DNA of 64,000 nucleotides from Anthoceros angustus (Eukaryota > Plantae > Anthocerotophyta): contig MU008151.1 of assembly GCA_010909165.1 (NCBI GenBank), positions 434,001 through 498,000 on the forward strand. Direction: 5' to 3'. Positions 7,904 to 20,947 of this stretch are shown here, piece after piece. Position 1 is the stretch's first letter. Each line of letters opens with the position of its first letter. The notes under the pieces are model-generated. The model was not told the DNA's origin and did not search any database. It worked only from the letters and a program-made list of their open reading frames with translations. A program made the translations under genes and the position numbers.

Positions 7904-10757
7904 ATGGTGGATGTCCGAGCTGCGGCCATCGTGCTGCTGCTGGCATGGGCGTGGGGCTTAGCCAGGCATGCTTCTCCCGCTTCCGCCTCCGCTGCCGCTG
8001 TCTGCGTGTGCGGCAACCTCACGGTTCCCTTCCCCTTCAGCCTGCAGGGGAACGGGAATGGATCCGGTTGCGGCAGCGGCAGCAACGGGAGCAGCGCGAG
8101 CTCGGGCCTCCCGGGCTTCGCAATCCGCTGCGACGCGGTGGCCGGGCCGTTGCTGGACACGCGATCCGGCCCGTTCCGGGTGCTGGCTCTCGACCCGAAA
8201 CAGGCGTGGGTGCAGCTGGGCAACGCGCGGCTGGTGGCGCCCTCGACCTGCGCCGGGCCGGGGCAGAATGGGAGCTCGCGGCTGGATCTCGGCCCTCCTC
8301 CTCGCCCTTCGCGGTCGCGGCGGGAACCGGTTCGTGACGCGCGGGTGCGGGGCTGTGGGGACGTTCGTCACGGACCGGGAGGCGGCGTCCACCTCCTGCC
8401 CCGTGCCCAAATGCGGGCTGCTGCGCGGGGCGGAAGAGATCTGCACGGTGCCGTTCCCGGCCGGGGTGCGCGTGGCGTTGATGCGGAATTCGATCCAGGA
8501 CCGGGTGCAGGCGAATGCTCTTACAACAGCACGCTAGCCTACTCGCCGGATGGGGAGGAAGCGTATTGGAGGCAGGATTCAGGGTGGAGTTCGCTGTGCG
8601 GGGCGGGGAATTGCTCGGAAGCTGCGGGGCGGGCGGGGTTCGCTTGCGCCCAGTCCGCGGTGTGCGCGGACGGAACGTGGGTGGATGGATACACCTGCGC
8701 CTGCAAGGACGGGTTTGTGGGGGATGGGTATGTTGCGGGGAGCGGATGCCAAGGTATTGGGATTTTTCTGGCTGGGGAGATTTTTCTCGGGCTGGATCGT
8801 GGCAGTTTCATTCAATCGTCTTGGGGCTTGGGATGAATGCAGAGCAAGACGCGTGCTCCGAACCCGGGATCAACCTCTGCGCTTCGAATGCCGGGTGTCG
8901 AGTGGAATCAGGAGTGGCCACTTGCTATTGCCCGGCAGGATTCACGGGTGACGGGATGCGGGATGGGGAAGGCTGCACAGGTGGGGACCTTGTCGGCTGG
9001 CTGGCTTGGGGAAAGGGGAAGGGCAAAGGGAGAGGGGAAGGGGGAAAGGGGGAAGAGGAAGGGGGTTTGGGTGTTTGTAACAAAAATGGATCTTGACGCT
9101 GTTTTGCAGATAAGTCTGCCTGTGTCTTTTGCTCTAGTTTCTCCAACTGCACAAATTCTGGCGGGGGGGCATACAGGTGTGTCTGCGACACGGGGTATGA
9201 GGGAGACGGCACCGTGAATGGGACCAGGTGTTCTGCCAAATCGCCTTCTTCGTCGGGCCTTGAAGCAGGTGGGAAGACTAACTGCAGGAAGAGGTACCTC
9301 TGGAGATGTTGGGTTGTCTTGGCTTGTTGTTGCAGTAGCTGAGCTGATTGATGTGATGACTTCCGACCGCAGGAGTGGTTGCAGGAGGAGTTGCAGCTGC
9401 TGTTGTGATAGTCCTTGGTTGCTGCTGCTTTGCTGCAAGGACGGCGGTGGTGTTGAGGCAGGAAAGGCCGTTGCGACGGGAGCTCAGGAGGCTTGAGGAG
9501 CTCATTCAAGGCTGTTCTGGGCCCCAAGCTGCCATCATCTTTCCTTACAAGGTAGCGGCTGCAGGAGCTTGCTTGGCTTGGTTTTGGTCAAAGGCTTGCT
9601 TCTTGTGTCTGTTGCGTAATAATGTAAGCTGCTGTTGCTGCTGTTCATGTGCCTGCTGGACCTGCCACACATTGGAAAAACACGATAAGGTGATAGAGCT
9701 GGCCACAAAGCGATTCTCCGAGTCCCAGAGGCTTGGCGGAGGGGCATTCGGCACTGTGTATGCGGGCAAGTTGTCTCAAGGCACTCGGATAGCAGTGAAG
9801 AGGGTGAACCAGAGCAACGCCCACGGCCTGCAGCAGTTCCTGAACGAAGTGGAGTGCCTGGCCAAGGTGAACCACACGGGCCTGGTGCGCCTGCTGGGCT
9901 GCTGCCTGGAGCTTCGAGACCCTCTTGTGGTGTATGAGTTTGTGGCCAATGGGACTCTGCGGCAGCACCTGCAGCAGGAGAGGGGCAAGATACTGACCTG
10001 GGGGACGCGGATGAAGATCGCTGTGGAGGTTTCTCAGGCTCTTGCCTACCTGCATTCAGTGTTGACACCTCCCATCTTTCACCGGGACGTCAAGTCCTCC
10101 AACATTCTACTCGACAGCTCCTTCGCTGCTAAGGTGGCTGATTTTGGCTTGTCCAGGTTGGTGCCGTTGGGTGCCACCCATGTCTCCACCATGGCTCAGG
10201 GCACTCCCGGGTACCTGGATCCTGATTATTACCGCACCTACCATCTCACCGACAAGAGTGATGTTTACAGCTTTGGAGTTGTTCTCATGGAGCTGGTCAC
10301 AGCAAGGAAGGCCGTAGACTTGAACCACGAGGAACGGGAGGTTCCCCTGGCAAGTCTGGCCATCCAGAGGCTGTCCAGCGGCGAGTTGGATCAGATGATT
10401 GATCCAGCTCTACAGCCCACCATGACCCCAGAGTCACTGCATATGATCCAGCAGGTTGCGGAGCTTGCTTTCCGTTGTTTGGCCTTCACTCGACAGGACA
10501 GACCATCCATGAATGAAGTATGTTGTCCTGGCCTGGAACCTCCCCACTTTTTCAGATGCTTGAAAAAACCGAGCCTACTCATCGTACCGGGATGGGGTGT
10601 TCTGCAGGTGGCGGATGCGCTTGAGACCATCCGACTGTCCTCCTGTCTCAACCAAGGGTCGTTTGCATCGAAACCTGTGCCATTCCATGGTCGTCGAGGG
10701 GATCCGAAGCAACCTCTTGGCCACCTACTGTTTACGAACAATTCCGTGAGAAGGTGA
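7904..10757 (+). CDS. Wall-associated kinase (WAK): signal peptide, GUB_WAK_bind, three EGF-like modules, TM, RD kinase; exon 1 carries three compensating -1 frameshifts
   Basis: CGNLTVPFPF..GCG..PGFAIRC; EGF exons (YTCACKDGFVGDGY..GC; CYCPAGFTGDG..GC; CVCDTGYEGDG..RC); TM VVAGGVAAAVVIVLG; kinase GGGAFGTVY, IAVK, HRDVKSSNILLD, DFGLSR, GTPGYLDPDYY, DKSDVYSFGVVL. Confidence 0.9.
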
Positions 10758-11053
10758 TAGACTGAGCCAGCAATGAGAATCCAGTAGTCTATTATGGAGT
10801 AAGCGAGAATCCTGAATGTGCAATTCGTTCGGAACTTGACATTGTCCTCTCTCGTCGAAGATTATGTCACTCACACCTGGTTGTACGGCGGTAGGAATCT
10901 ATGATCGTGGCACGCTTGCAGGAAGGAAGCATCATGCCTGAGATGGCCGCCATTTGTCAGTCGTCGTACTGTGATGCTTGGGTTTTCTGCCGCTTGGCAG
11001 GTCGAAGCCAGGACAGAACACTCCCAACTCTTTTGCCGAGCCATCCCTTGGAG

Positions 11054-12976
11054 TCACCTTGCGCGGTTGACTGCCAGGTATACTTCATGAGTCAGTCCCA
11101 AACATGGATACCTAGACACATGTACAGTGGAGTACAAATGTATCTCCGCAAGGCGGAGAGTGTACCTGGGGTGCGCGATTTGTCGTTTCTCCAACTGAAG
11201 GGCTTGTTGATATGATGTTGGGGGTGACAAGCCAGAGAATAGTTTGTGTAAGAAGCGTTTAATGCAGAAGTCGGACAGTGCGTAAAGCAACGTTGTAATA
11301 AGTGGTGGAATCAGCTGATACCTGTAGCTCCAGCTGAATCCTATCTGAGGAGAGTTGTACAGCGCTCCATGGCAGGGCCATCTGATGCTGTAGCAGACGA
11401 ATGAGTCCTGGGCCCTGAGCACAATATCTCCCTTGGGCCATCTTATAGTAGTGGGTTGTCCATCTCCGAGAAGGGACCAAAAGGAGAGTACATCTACAGC
11501 AAGCTCATTTGAGCCCTTGTTTTCTAGTGCCAGCATAATATGCCACCAGGGCTCTTCATTGGGCGCTTCTCGCAGACCGGCTTTCATCGTCATTGCAACT
11601 GAAGGTGATGGTGCCCTTCTTTCCTCCAGAATCTCATGTAATTCTCCTGTGGTACTCACTGCAGAAGGATACACACTCAAAGAGGAAAGATCGGTAGGGG
11701 CTGTTGGGTCTTTCTGATCACCCTCCGCGCCCTGTTGGTCCGCTCCTGGTGACGAAATTTCAGCTCCAGTGTGCGACTCATCACTAGAGGTTGCGTCCAC
11801 AGAGGGCTGATTATGTCCGGCCCCTTCCACTTCCTGCAGAAAAACATGGACGGTTATCGTGCCCTGCTGTACAGGTCATCGAACATGGGTTTCTGTTCTT
11901 TAGGATAGCTGAGCTCACCCCATCGTTTTGCCAAATGTCATCCTTAAGGGCGTCGGAAAGGCAGGACTCTTCAGGCTGATGATTACCAGCCGCAACTTGA
12001 CGAGGCGGCAGCCGAATTGAGTCGCTGACATCTGACAAGCTCTCCTGCCAATCAACCGAGGTAACACTTGATAAATCAATGTGCAGAACAGCCTAGTCAA
12101 AACCTGTTTTGCCAGATTATGCCACTCAGCTGATTACCTTGGGACGAAAGCTGAAGGAACTTCCTGACTTGATAACGGTTTCTAGAAATTTAGTAATGCC
12201 CCGGTGAAGCTGTTTCCAATCGATCGATTTAGCTTCAAGCAGGGTGGAGACACCTGAGGCGAGCACGCTGTTCTCTGTGTCCATCCTGCAACCGCAATTC
12301 AGGGTCCGTACGTAAATATATGAGAGCCCTACTGGCCACTGCTGCACGAACCTCAAGTTCACGACACGGTGGCAACTGATGCCATGGTGCAGAACGTACC
12401 AAGTGTGATCCAAATGCTGAACGATGATGTTGTCCACGGTACGCTCCACATCAACTGCAAGTTAGCGGAGGGAAGTGAATTGTGAGCACAGTAGCTCTCG
12501 GCTCAGATTTCTCCCACCCCATGTGCACCTGGCAAGTCGGAGTAACCTCGAGGCAGCGTGAAAGCAGCAGACGATGCCTCCTTCACATAACATCGTCTGT
12601 AATCGATGAAGGCCACTGCATCCTTCTCCACCACACTAGCAAACCGTGTTGCCAATTGCCTGAGCTTCCTGGACCGATCCAATTCCCCACTTTTTCTCTG
12701 GAACAACTTACGCAGGTTCTTCAAGCCCGCCAATATCCTACCAAATGCAGCAGAAGATTCAAGGTTTTCAACTCCTGATCCGTCACCGCTGCATGCAAAA
12801 GAGTCACCAGCCACATTGCCAGCTACAACATCAATTGATGAACGCATAAACTTACTTGTCAGTACATTGCGGAAAAGGATTTCTCCGCGGATCCGACCAG
12901 ACCAGCTCCTGCACACTGTCACAAGAAGAATCAAGCCAGACCTCACCTCCGAACATGCTCCCGCCAAGACAGGCAA
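11054..12976 (-). CDS. Uncharacterised multi-exon protein (5' end uncertain, may extend to an ATG at 13676)
   Basis: ORFs 12503-12976, 12126-12449, 11811-12038 and 11054-11830 can be joined by phase-consistent GT-AG introns (SDLP|VDVERT; RPK|AVLHID; QNDG|EVEGAG). No family recognised. Confidence 0.6.
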
Positions 12977-13089
12977 TCTATCATCTCAAATCCCAACGCG
13001 GAAGAAAGCAGGAGAGTCTCACAAACAAAATTCGCGGCTGATATGCCCGTCAATTGCCGCCAGCCACTCCGCCATGATAACTCGGATTA

Positions 13090-13450
13090 GCAATTCCACT
13101 GAGATTCAGACCTAATCCGAACCATTTCCCCAAGGCTCGTGGCTTAGAGTTGGAATTCAGTCTGTCGAAGGTTCAAACAGAAGGTATGAAAATAATGCTG
13201 CCAGGCCCGCCACTCCGCCTACATCACCCGGATTAAAAATTTCCACTGAGATTCAGCCCTAAGAAGCAGTTTTCACATGGCTCGTGGCCTGCACCTGGAA
13301 TTCATTGAAGGTTCTAACTGAAACTATCACGAAAATCACACCATTTCTGCCAGCCACTTCGAATTACGCAATTCCACTAACATCCAATCCACGAAACAAT
13401 TTTCACAAGGCTCGTAGCTTAGCCTCAAACTCCATTGAAGGCTCAAGAAG
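13090..13450. repeat. Three degenerate tandem copies of an approximately 140-bp unit
   Basis: aattccactgagattcag..aaggctcgtggc..gaattca..gaaggttc recurs near 13092, 13238 and 13370. Confidence 0.75.
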
Positions 13451-15364
13451 GTTCAATCAAAATCAACGCAATTTCTTAACACTGCAACCAAGTTTTACGC
13501 CGAAGTTTACCAGGAACAGTTTCCAGCCTCACGTTCTGCTCCAGCACTTCACCTACCACAGCCACAAGTCGAAGCGTGTTGGCAACCGTTACACCAAGAT
13601 TAGGATGCTCGCCGGAACTCCCCCCTGAAGCGGCGAAGCGGAGAAGAGGACAAAATCGGATTGAGCAGCAGTGCATGTTGGAGCCGCCCGATTGGCCCGC
13701 GCCACAAACAGCCGACATGGTACCACGGACCTGTGCTCGGCAGGCGACGCTCCCCTGGTGGATCCAATCGCACGCAGCTGCCACCGCCGGACACGTGCTT
13801 CTGCCGACAACCTCCGGTCGATTCCTGCCGGGCCGACAGCCGGTTAAGACAGCCGGTCGATTTCTTTGACAGTGGCTTCCTGTCAATGACCACCCGTCGA
13901 ATGCATCATCACACTGGAGCCGGCGCTCCTGCTGTCCCGAGCGTCGGTGGTCGCTCGGCATTCGGGAAATGATTCTAAGGTGGGGCCTGGAAGACACTTT
14001 TTCCCTAGGAAAATAAAATTTAAAGATATTTTTAATATAAAAAAATATATCACGAAGCCTCCTTCTAAACACCATTAGAGGCCTAAAGTTATTTTTCAAC
14101 AGGAAAAAAAAGGGGGCATTCACAAGCAATATGATGCGACTTGGTCGTACTTATACTCACCTAATACATACTTTCTTGATGGTATATAAATTTATTTAAA
14201 TACATCTATTCCTCTTCAGCAATACATTCACCAGGCTGGAAGAGGACCATGCGATTAGTTTTGCTGGCCAAGACTAAAAACTCAATTTCCTACTCGATGT
14301 TCAAAATATTGAATTCCCATATATGAACGTGAGGGAGATGAAATTATCTACCTTGTAATTGAAGGAGTGTTACTGTAATGACATCAAGATCAATGATTCC
14401 TTCTGTTAGTATCATTGTTCAATTTTCATGGCACATTAGCCTTGACATGGATACACTTTTTATGTATATATTTGGTACATACAAGAGAGATTACATAGAT
14501 TGGTAGTGAGACAGTTCATTGGATTAAAAAGAAACGAGATCAATCTATCACAGATTACTTAAGCCCACTGAACAAAATTTTGAGTTCCCCTTTTTAAGAT
14601 TCTTCAAAACCGTCTCCAGTACTGAAGATATTTTAGTACTAAGTTTATAAAATATATAAATAAATAATATAGAATATGACTCATTCACTTTACTGTCACT
14701 TAGGTCCCTCAAAGCTATCATATCATAGATTCATTCCATTCCCTCTCCAATTCCTATGTGAATGGGTTAGAGCCTTTAGGAGGGATTGTATTGAAAGGGG
14801 AGAGATAGGATAGACGGTACATGACACCCACATGAGAGTCACTAGAAGTTAAAATGGTATGAGTACCTAAATGGCAATTAAAATAATTATTTGGAAAAAC
14901 GAATGAGATTAATAGAAGTCCAAATATGTATAGTTTACTCGAAAATGCTTGGAGTGGATGTGAACGAGGGAGAGTAGCAGTGGAGAAGATTGGCCGGGCC
15001 AAGGCCAAGGCCAAGGTTGGGCGTAAGAAGTGGCATGAGCACAGGTGTCCTAGGCTCCGCCAGAAGCGATCCTACATGAGCTGTTTGGTGTTGATTCCTG
15101 GTACATTTCTCTGAGGAGGAGGAATAAGAGACAGATTGGGTGTTGGGTTCTCGCCGTGTTGGGTACAGCGTGCGGAAATTGCGTGATGAGATGAGGAATC
15201 CGTGGCGGATTCCTAGCGTCCTGCAGCGGGTTCCAGTGTGCGCTATCACACGTCCCAGCAAGCGTTGTGTGAATTGGGGCACCGATGGCACCCGCAGGAC
15301 AGTGGAGGTGGCAGGGGACGTGAGGATTTGAGATTTCTCTCAAGCGGCACCCGCTGCGGTCGCA

Positions 15365-18300
15365 ATGTCGTCTTACAAGATGTTTCACTACAAGATGCCG
15401 TCATGGCCTCTCACTGACTACCTTCACAGGAGCAACTCCCAGCTGGTACGCCCCGATGGAGCTCTTGGTTGGTGGTGGATTTTGAGGTAGTGACTCTTCG
15501 CTTGCATGGTGGGTGGCGTTGCGCAGAAGGACGAAGGCCCTGGAGCCCCGCCGCCGCTAGCGTGGAAACGCAAGCTCAACAGCCACGCAAATCTCCTGAA
15601 GGAATTCAGTGTCACCTTCGTGGAAGCTATAAGAATGGTATTGAGGATGAGGGAATTCCAGCTGAGAGCGCTCTTGTGCAGCGGTTGTTGGTACTTCTAG
15701 GCGGATCCGCAGTCTGGTGCCGAAGATTGTGTTTTGATTGCTGTCTGGTGCGGACGATTGTGTTTTGATCGAGCTTGTGGCTTGTCAGCTGGGCTTGGGA
15801 TTGCGCCTCTGGACCTACATCAGGTCAGAACGTGCTCAGGGAAGGGTAATTCCTCTACGTGGAAGTGGAAATCTGCCGATCCGTTTGTTGCTTCTGGCCG
15901 CGCCCGCTTGGTGCTGATGCGCTGCGCATGTGCTTCACAGGCAGCGCCCATTGATCCATTTCGAGCGAAGGATTCGAAACCCTCCGCTTGTCATGGCGTT
16001 CCGCTTGGGGGAATTGGGTTAGTGCTTCTACTCTCCGAGTGCTGCTGAATTTGGGCGCGCTGGCAAGACTTGTCAGTGCCGCAGCTGGGAATGACCAGCT
16101 CCTTGCAGAGTAGCAGGTAATGTGGATTTGCATTGCGATCCGCAGGGGTGGAAGCATTGGCAGGGGTTTTAGAGGAGAATTCAGAAGATGGCAATTGATT
16201 CCTGGTGTTTGTGAAGAAGGTCCAGTGTGGGCAAATCAGTTCTCGGTACATGGACTGCTCTTCGTTTCAGTTTCAACCCTAGTTGCTGGTTGTGATCTAG
16301 AAGTTTTCCGTAGGATTCCGAGAGGAGTGACCTTTTGCGTTTGGTGCAATATGCAAATGTTGGTCGGTTGTGTCAGGTCTTCGTCACCCGTGAGAAGGAG
16401 CACGGTGGGCATAAACAGTTCTCTTCCGTTCTTTCTCCCGGCATGCCTCCGGAGCTCTTGTAAGTCTAAATTGTCCACAGCTGTTGTGATCAGGTATTCG
16501 TTTACTCATGATTTGGGCTCTAAGACTGAAGGACCCAAACTGTCTCTGCATGACTGCAGGAAAACGCCAGATGATACAGGTATTTCTTCTTGGGATTGGA
16601 ACTTGGATGGGCAGCATTCCTCATACCATGCCCTTTTTCCACGGGCTTGGACTGTGTACGAAGGTACCAGCACCCGTGTTAATTCTTTGCAGGCTTCGAA
16701 GTTGGTGGCACTTGGTAGTAGAGTGAATGAAGTATTTCCTCATGTGACTCCCTGATGCTGGTGCAGGCGAACCAGATCCGGATCTGAAAATTTCCTGTAG
16801 ACAAGTGTCTCCTTTCATTCCGCACAACTATACAGAGAGTAGCTTCCCAACTAGCGTCTTTTCTTACACTGTAAGTACGGTGGCATCCATTGCAGAGATC
16901 TGGAGAAAACTTGCTTTGCCGTTCATTTAAGGAACGAGGCATTTTGTTTGAGGTTTGAAGGCCAAACTTTCTGCAGGTGTACAACACTGGCAGAGAGAGC
17001 GCAAATGTGACTCTGCTTTTCACTTGGGCGGTAAGCCTCCAGCAGTTGCTGTAGGGGTGCGGTATTTTCATTCTATCAACGAGCCCAGCTACTAACAGAT
17101 GTGCTTAACAGAACTCAATTGGGGGTGTGTCACATTTCACGGGCGGTCATTACAACAGTCCATTTGAGTAAGCTTCTTTGTATCCAGTTTCTCTCCTTCA
17201 ATTGAGTTGAGGTGATCTGCGATCATGGCACAAGAGTCTAGCCACCAGAACCTTATGACACACGAGGTTTTCCTGACCTTTCTCCAGGGAGGCAGATGGT
17301 GTCAGGGGTGTTCTTCTCAATCACAAGTAAGTCTTTACTACTTTCCGCACATTTGGCTGTGCAGTTGGTCGTTGGTTTTAGCACGTGATTTACAGGCAGA
17401 GAGTGCATACGAAGCAGCAGAAGTAACGGAGGCATTGGTTCTGCAGGACAGAGAAATATCCGGAAATTAAATTTGCCATTGCAGCACGGCAAACTAGTGA
17501 TGTCAAGGTGGCTGTATGTCCCTCCTTCCTTCTCTCCGGAAAGGAGGGGGAGTACACTGCAAAAGACATGTGGTCCCAGGTTAAAGAGGTGCTGAAACTT
17601 TCATGAGCTTTGCTTTTACAGGGGGCATGATTTGCCCGGTCCAACTGTCTACTTGAATTCTTCGCTCTGAACTTGTGGAGTTTGAAAATTTTCAACCTGT
17701 ATACAGCATGGTTCATTTGCTGAGGAGAACTTTGCTGCGAAGGACTTACCACCATCGGCAATGGGCACAGCTGTTGGTGCTGCAGTGGCAGCTTCTGTGG
17801 TGGTGCCACCCAATGGAAAGAAAATTGTCGTCTTTGCTTTAGCTTGGGACTGTCCAGAAGCAAAGTTTTTGAAAGGAAGGTCATATTACCGGTGGGTGTG
17901 CTTGGTGTTGGTGAGCCGTTAAGTTTCAGTGGAGTTCTTGCTTTCCACAACTCTGTATTGACGTGACGCTTAATCCCTTCATGTATCTACCAAGGGCAGG
18001 CGGTACACACAATTCTTGGGTTCCTCAGGTCAGGCTGCAAAGAAGCTTGTGCACAAGGCTCTGCTTGGTAAGCATTCTGAGGGGCATTTGCAACACTTAT
18101 CATAGTCGTAAGTGTGGTGCTCTACATCACTATGTTTACATGGTGCCTGTGTGCAGATTACCGGAAATGGGAGACATGCATAGAAGATTGGCAGCGACCC
18201 ATTTTGGATGATGAAAAGCTTCCAGAATGGTACGAGATGGTTGTTTGAGGCAGCTGATGTGAGTGTAAGAGCTGTGTAATGTGCATGACATCCAACGTGC

Positions 18301-20377
18301 TGAATAGTGTCTGGTCTGGCCCAGGTATCGGATAACACTGTTCAATGAATTGTACTACCTTGTTGCGGGAGGAACTATATGGACCGGTAAGTTAGGACCA
18401 ACTTCTAGCCGTGGTAGAGGATGCCTTGGTCTCATGACTGACATCGTTTTGACTGGTCTCAAATCAGTTTCTTTGTATGACAACATGTTCAGATGGTGGC
18501 CCTTCGTTGCAAGAGAGGGGGGAGGTCATATCAGCACAAGCGTCAAAAAGGCCAGAAACTATCCTTATTGGGCAGTCTCCTGTGGCCGTGGATGATTATG
18601 AGCGTAGCCAGGATGCGATTCCTTCAACACATGTCAACTTGAATATTGAAGGGGCAACGGATGGGATATCTGTCTCTCCTGAACACCGTGCCGTAGCCAG
18701 TTCGAACAGCTCTTCCCCAGGAAGGGAGGGTACGTATCCTTTAGATGCTAAGGTGTTTTTTGAGACAAGTGCCGAGCTGCTTGAAAACTCCCAACACAGC
18801 AAGGAATGTAGGCCGGGAAATGAGTCATCGGGCAAAGGAGAACGTGAGAGTGAGCCTGAACAGGATGGTAGTATCACAGATTCAGAAGGGTCCGCAGAGC
18901 GAATGATATTGAAGACCATCGAAGCAGTTGTGCCACATAAAAAGTATGACTCTGCATCGTTCGGCTTTTCCAGTGGAACAGCTTTGCTTTCCAAAGGCGA
19001 GGAAAATGTGGGCCAGTTCTTGTACTTGGAGGGAGTGGAGTATGCCTTCTGGTGCACTTATGATGTGCACTTTTATGCATCCTTTGCACTGCTTAATCTT
19101 TTTCCCAAGCTGGAGCTTAGTATTCAACGTGATTATGCGGCTGCTACCCTCACGCACCAAGCTGACAGAGTCAAGTACCTGGCTGAGGGTAACTGGGGTG
19201 TGAGGAAAGTTTTCGGATCGGTACCACATGATTTGGGTACCCACGATCCATGGGTTGAGGTCAATGCATACAACATTCATGATACCAGTAAGTGGAAGGA
19301 TTTGAATCCTAAGTTTGTTGTCCAAGTGTACAGAGATGTGGTGGCTACCGGAGATTTAGGTTTTGCGAAAGCAGTCTGGCCTGCAGTGTATGCAGCTATG
19401 GCATATATGGATCAATTTGATCGCGATAGGGATGGTCTCATCGAGAATGATGGGTTCCCTGACCAAACTTACGATACCTGGCCTGTGCACGGTATCAGTG
19501 CTTACTGTGGAGGTCTGTGGCTAGCGGCCCTTCAAGCGGCTGCTGCTATGGCTGACCTAGTACAAGATACCAATGCAGCTAAGTACTTCCGTGGGAAATT
19601 TAGCCAAGCAAGGGTTGTGTATGACAAGAAGCTTTGGAACGGCTCCTACTTCAATTACGACAGTGGAACGAGCAGTAATAGCAAGTCTATTCAGGCTGAC
19701 CAAATGGCAGGGCAATGGTATGCTTGGGCATCTGGGTTACCACCCCTCTTTGAGGACTACAAGGCACGAAGTGCGCTGAGAAAGATCTTTGATTTTAATG
19801 TGCTCAAGGTGCAAGGAGGCAAGATGGGCGCTGTCAATGGAATGCACCCAGATGGCAGAGTTGATGAAACTGCCATGCAGTCTCGAGAGGTGTGGACAGG
19901 TGTAACGTATTCCCTGGCTGCTGCTATGATCTACGAAGGAATGAGGGACGAGGCATTTATAGCTGCTGAGGGAATCTACCTGGCTTCATGGTTGGACTTG
20001 GGGTAAGCCAGCAACATGCGTTTGTACTCTGTTTTGAATAAGAATGCCTGTACTCGTTGCTCTGTCGATGCAACTTCCTTACTACCAACCTCTGTGGCAC
20101 CAGGTACTGGTTCCAGACTCCAGAGGCCTGGACAACAAGTGGAAGCTATAGGTCCCTCACTTACATGCGGCCACTCGCTATCTGGGCTATGCAGTGGGCA
20201 CTGTATCCGCCAAAGAATGTCGCGGAAGCTCCGAAGATACAGCAAATGGAGAAGGGATGCAGCTACCTGCACGAAGGCTTCTCTGCTGTTGCAGATGCTT
20301 TGAGGCATGCTCCAAGGCCACCGATTCGTCAACTTTGCAATCTCTGTTCCGCCGTTCTCTGCTGTAAATGCCGTTGA
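15365..20377 (+). CDS. GBA2: Non-lysosomal glucosylceramidase (GH116), multi-exon
   Basis: N-terminal [67 protein letters not shown]; catalytic part [65 protein letters not shown]. Confidence 0.95.
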
Positions 20378-20947
20378 CGTAAGTCATGGTTATCATTGCA
20401 GATCCACTCCATCAGACTCTGGAGCCGATTGAAGGTGTTAACTCTGGAGATATTCTTGGGTACAACCATCGTGTTAGTGGAACATTCTTTGAACAATAGA
20501 AGCTTAGTCACTGAAAGGAACCAAATAGTGAGGAGCTTAGTCAGTGAAGGAGACCAAATAGTGAGAAACCTTCATGTTATCTCACCTCGTGCAGTCTTCC
20601 GACATCCGAGGTTCCGAGGCACAGGAACGCTACGCGAGCTGCCTCCAGACGTGCAAGTTGTAGATATTAATTTAATAAATATTTACCACAAAAAGATGTT
20701 TCAATTCAAAGACGTGAACAAGTCTGGAAGGCAGGCATAAATTTTACATTGTCACCAAATGCAAATTTGCGGTGACAGTCTTGACACGAACCATGTCCAA
20801 AACTCGGTGAGCTATCGTCATTTTGAGGTGAGGTCTACCGATAAGACAAGTTGCAAAATTGGTGAGAGACTGACTGTACTAGAAGGGCAGCCATCTAGCA
20901 CATCCTCTGAGGTCAGGTAATTTGGCAGAGCTCAAAATCTGGATCTC

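Noticed and set aside
13090-13450. Tandem repeats here and at 28.5 kb and 47.0 kb considered as CRISPR-like arrays
   Set aside because: Eukaryotic DNA; units are degenerate along their whole length, with no constant repeat plus unique spacer structure and no cas genes.
20500-20566. 33-bp tandem duplication in the GBA2/PSF2 3' intergenic region
   Set aside because: Simple local duplication with no further structure.
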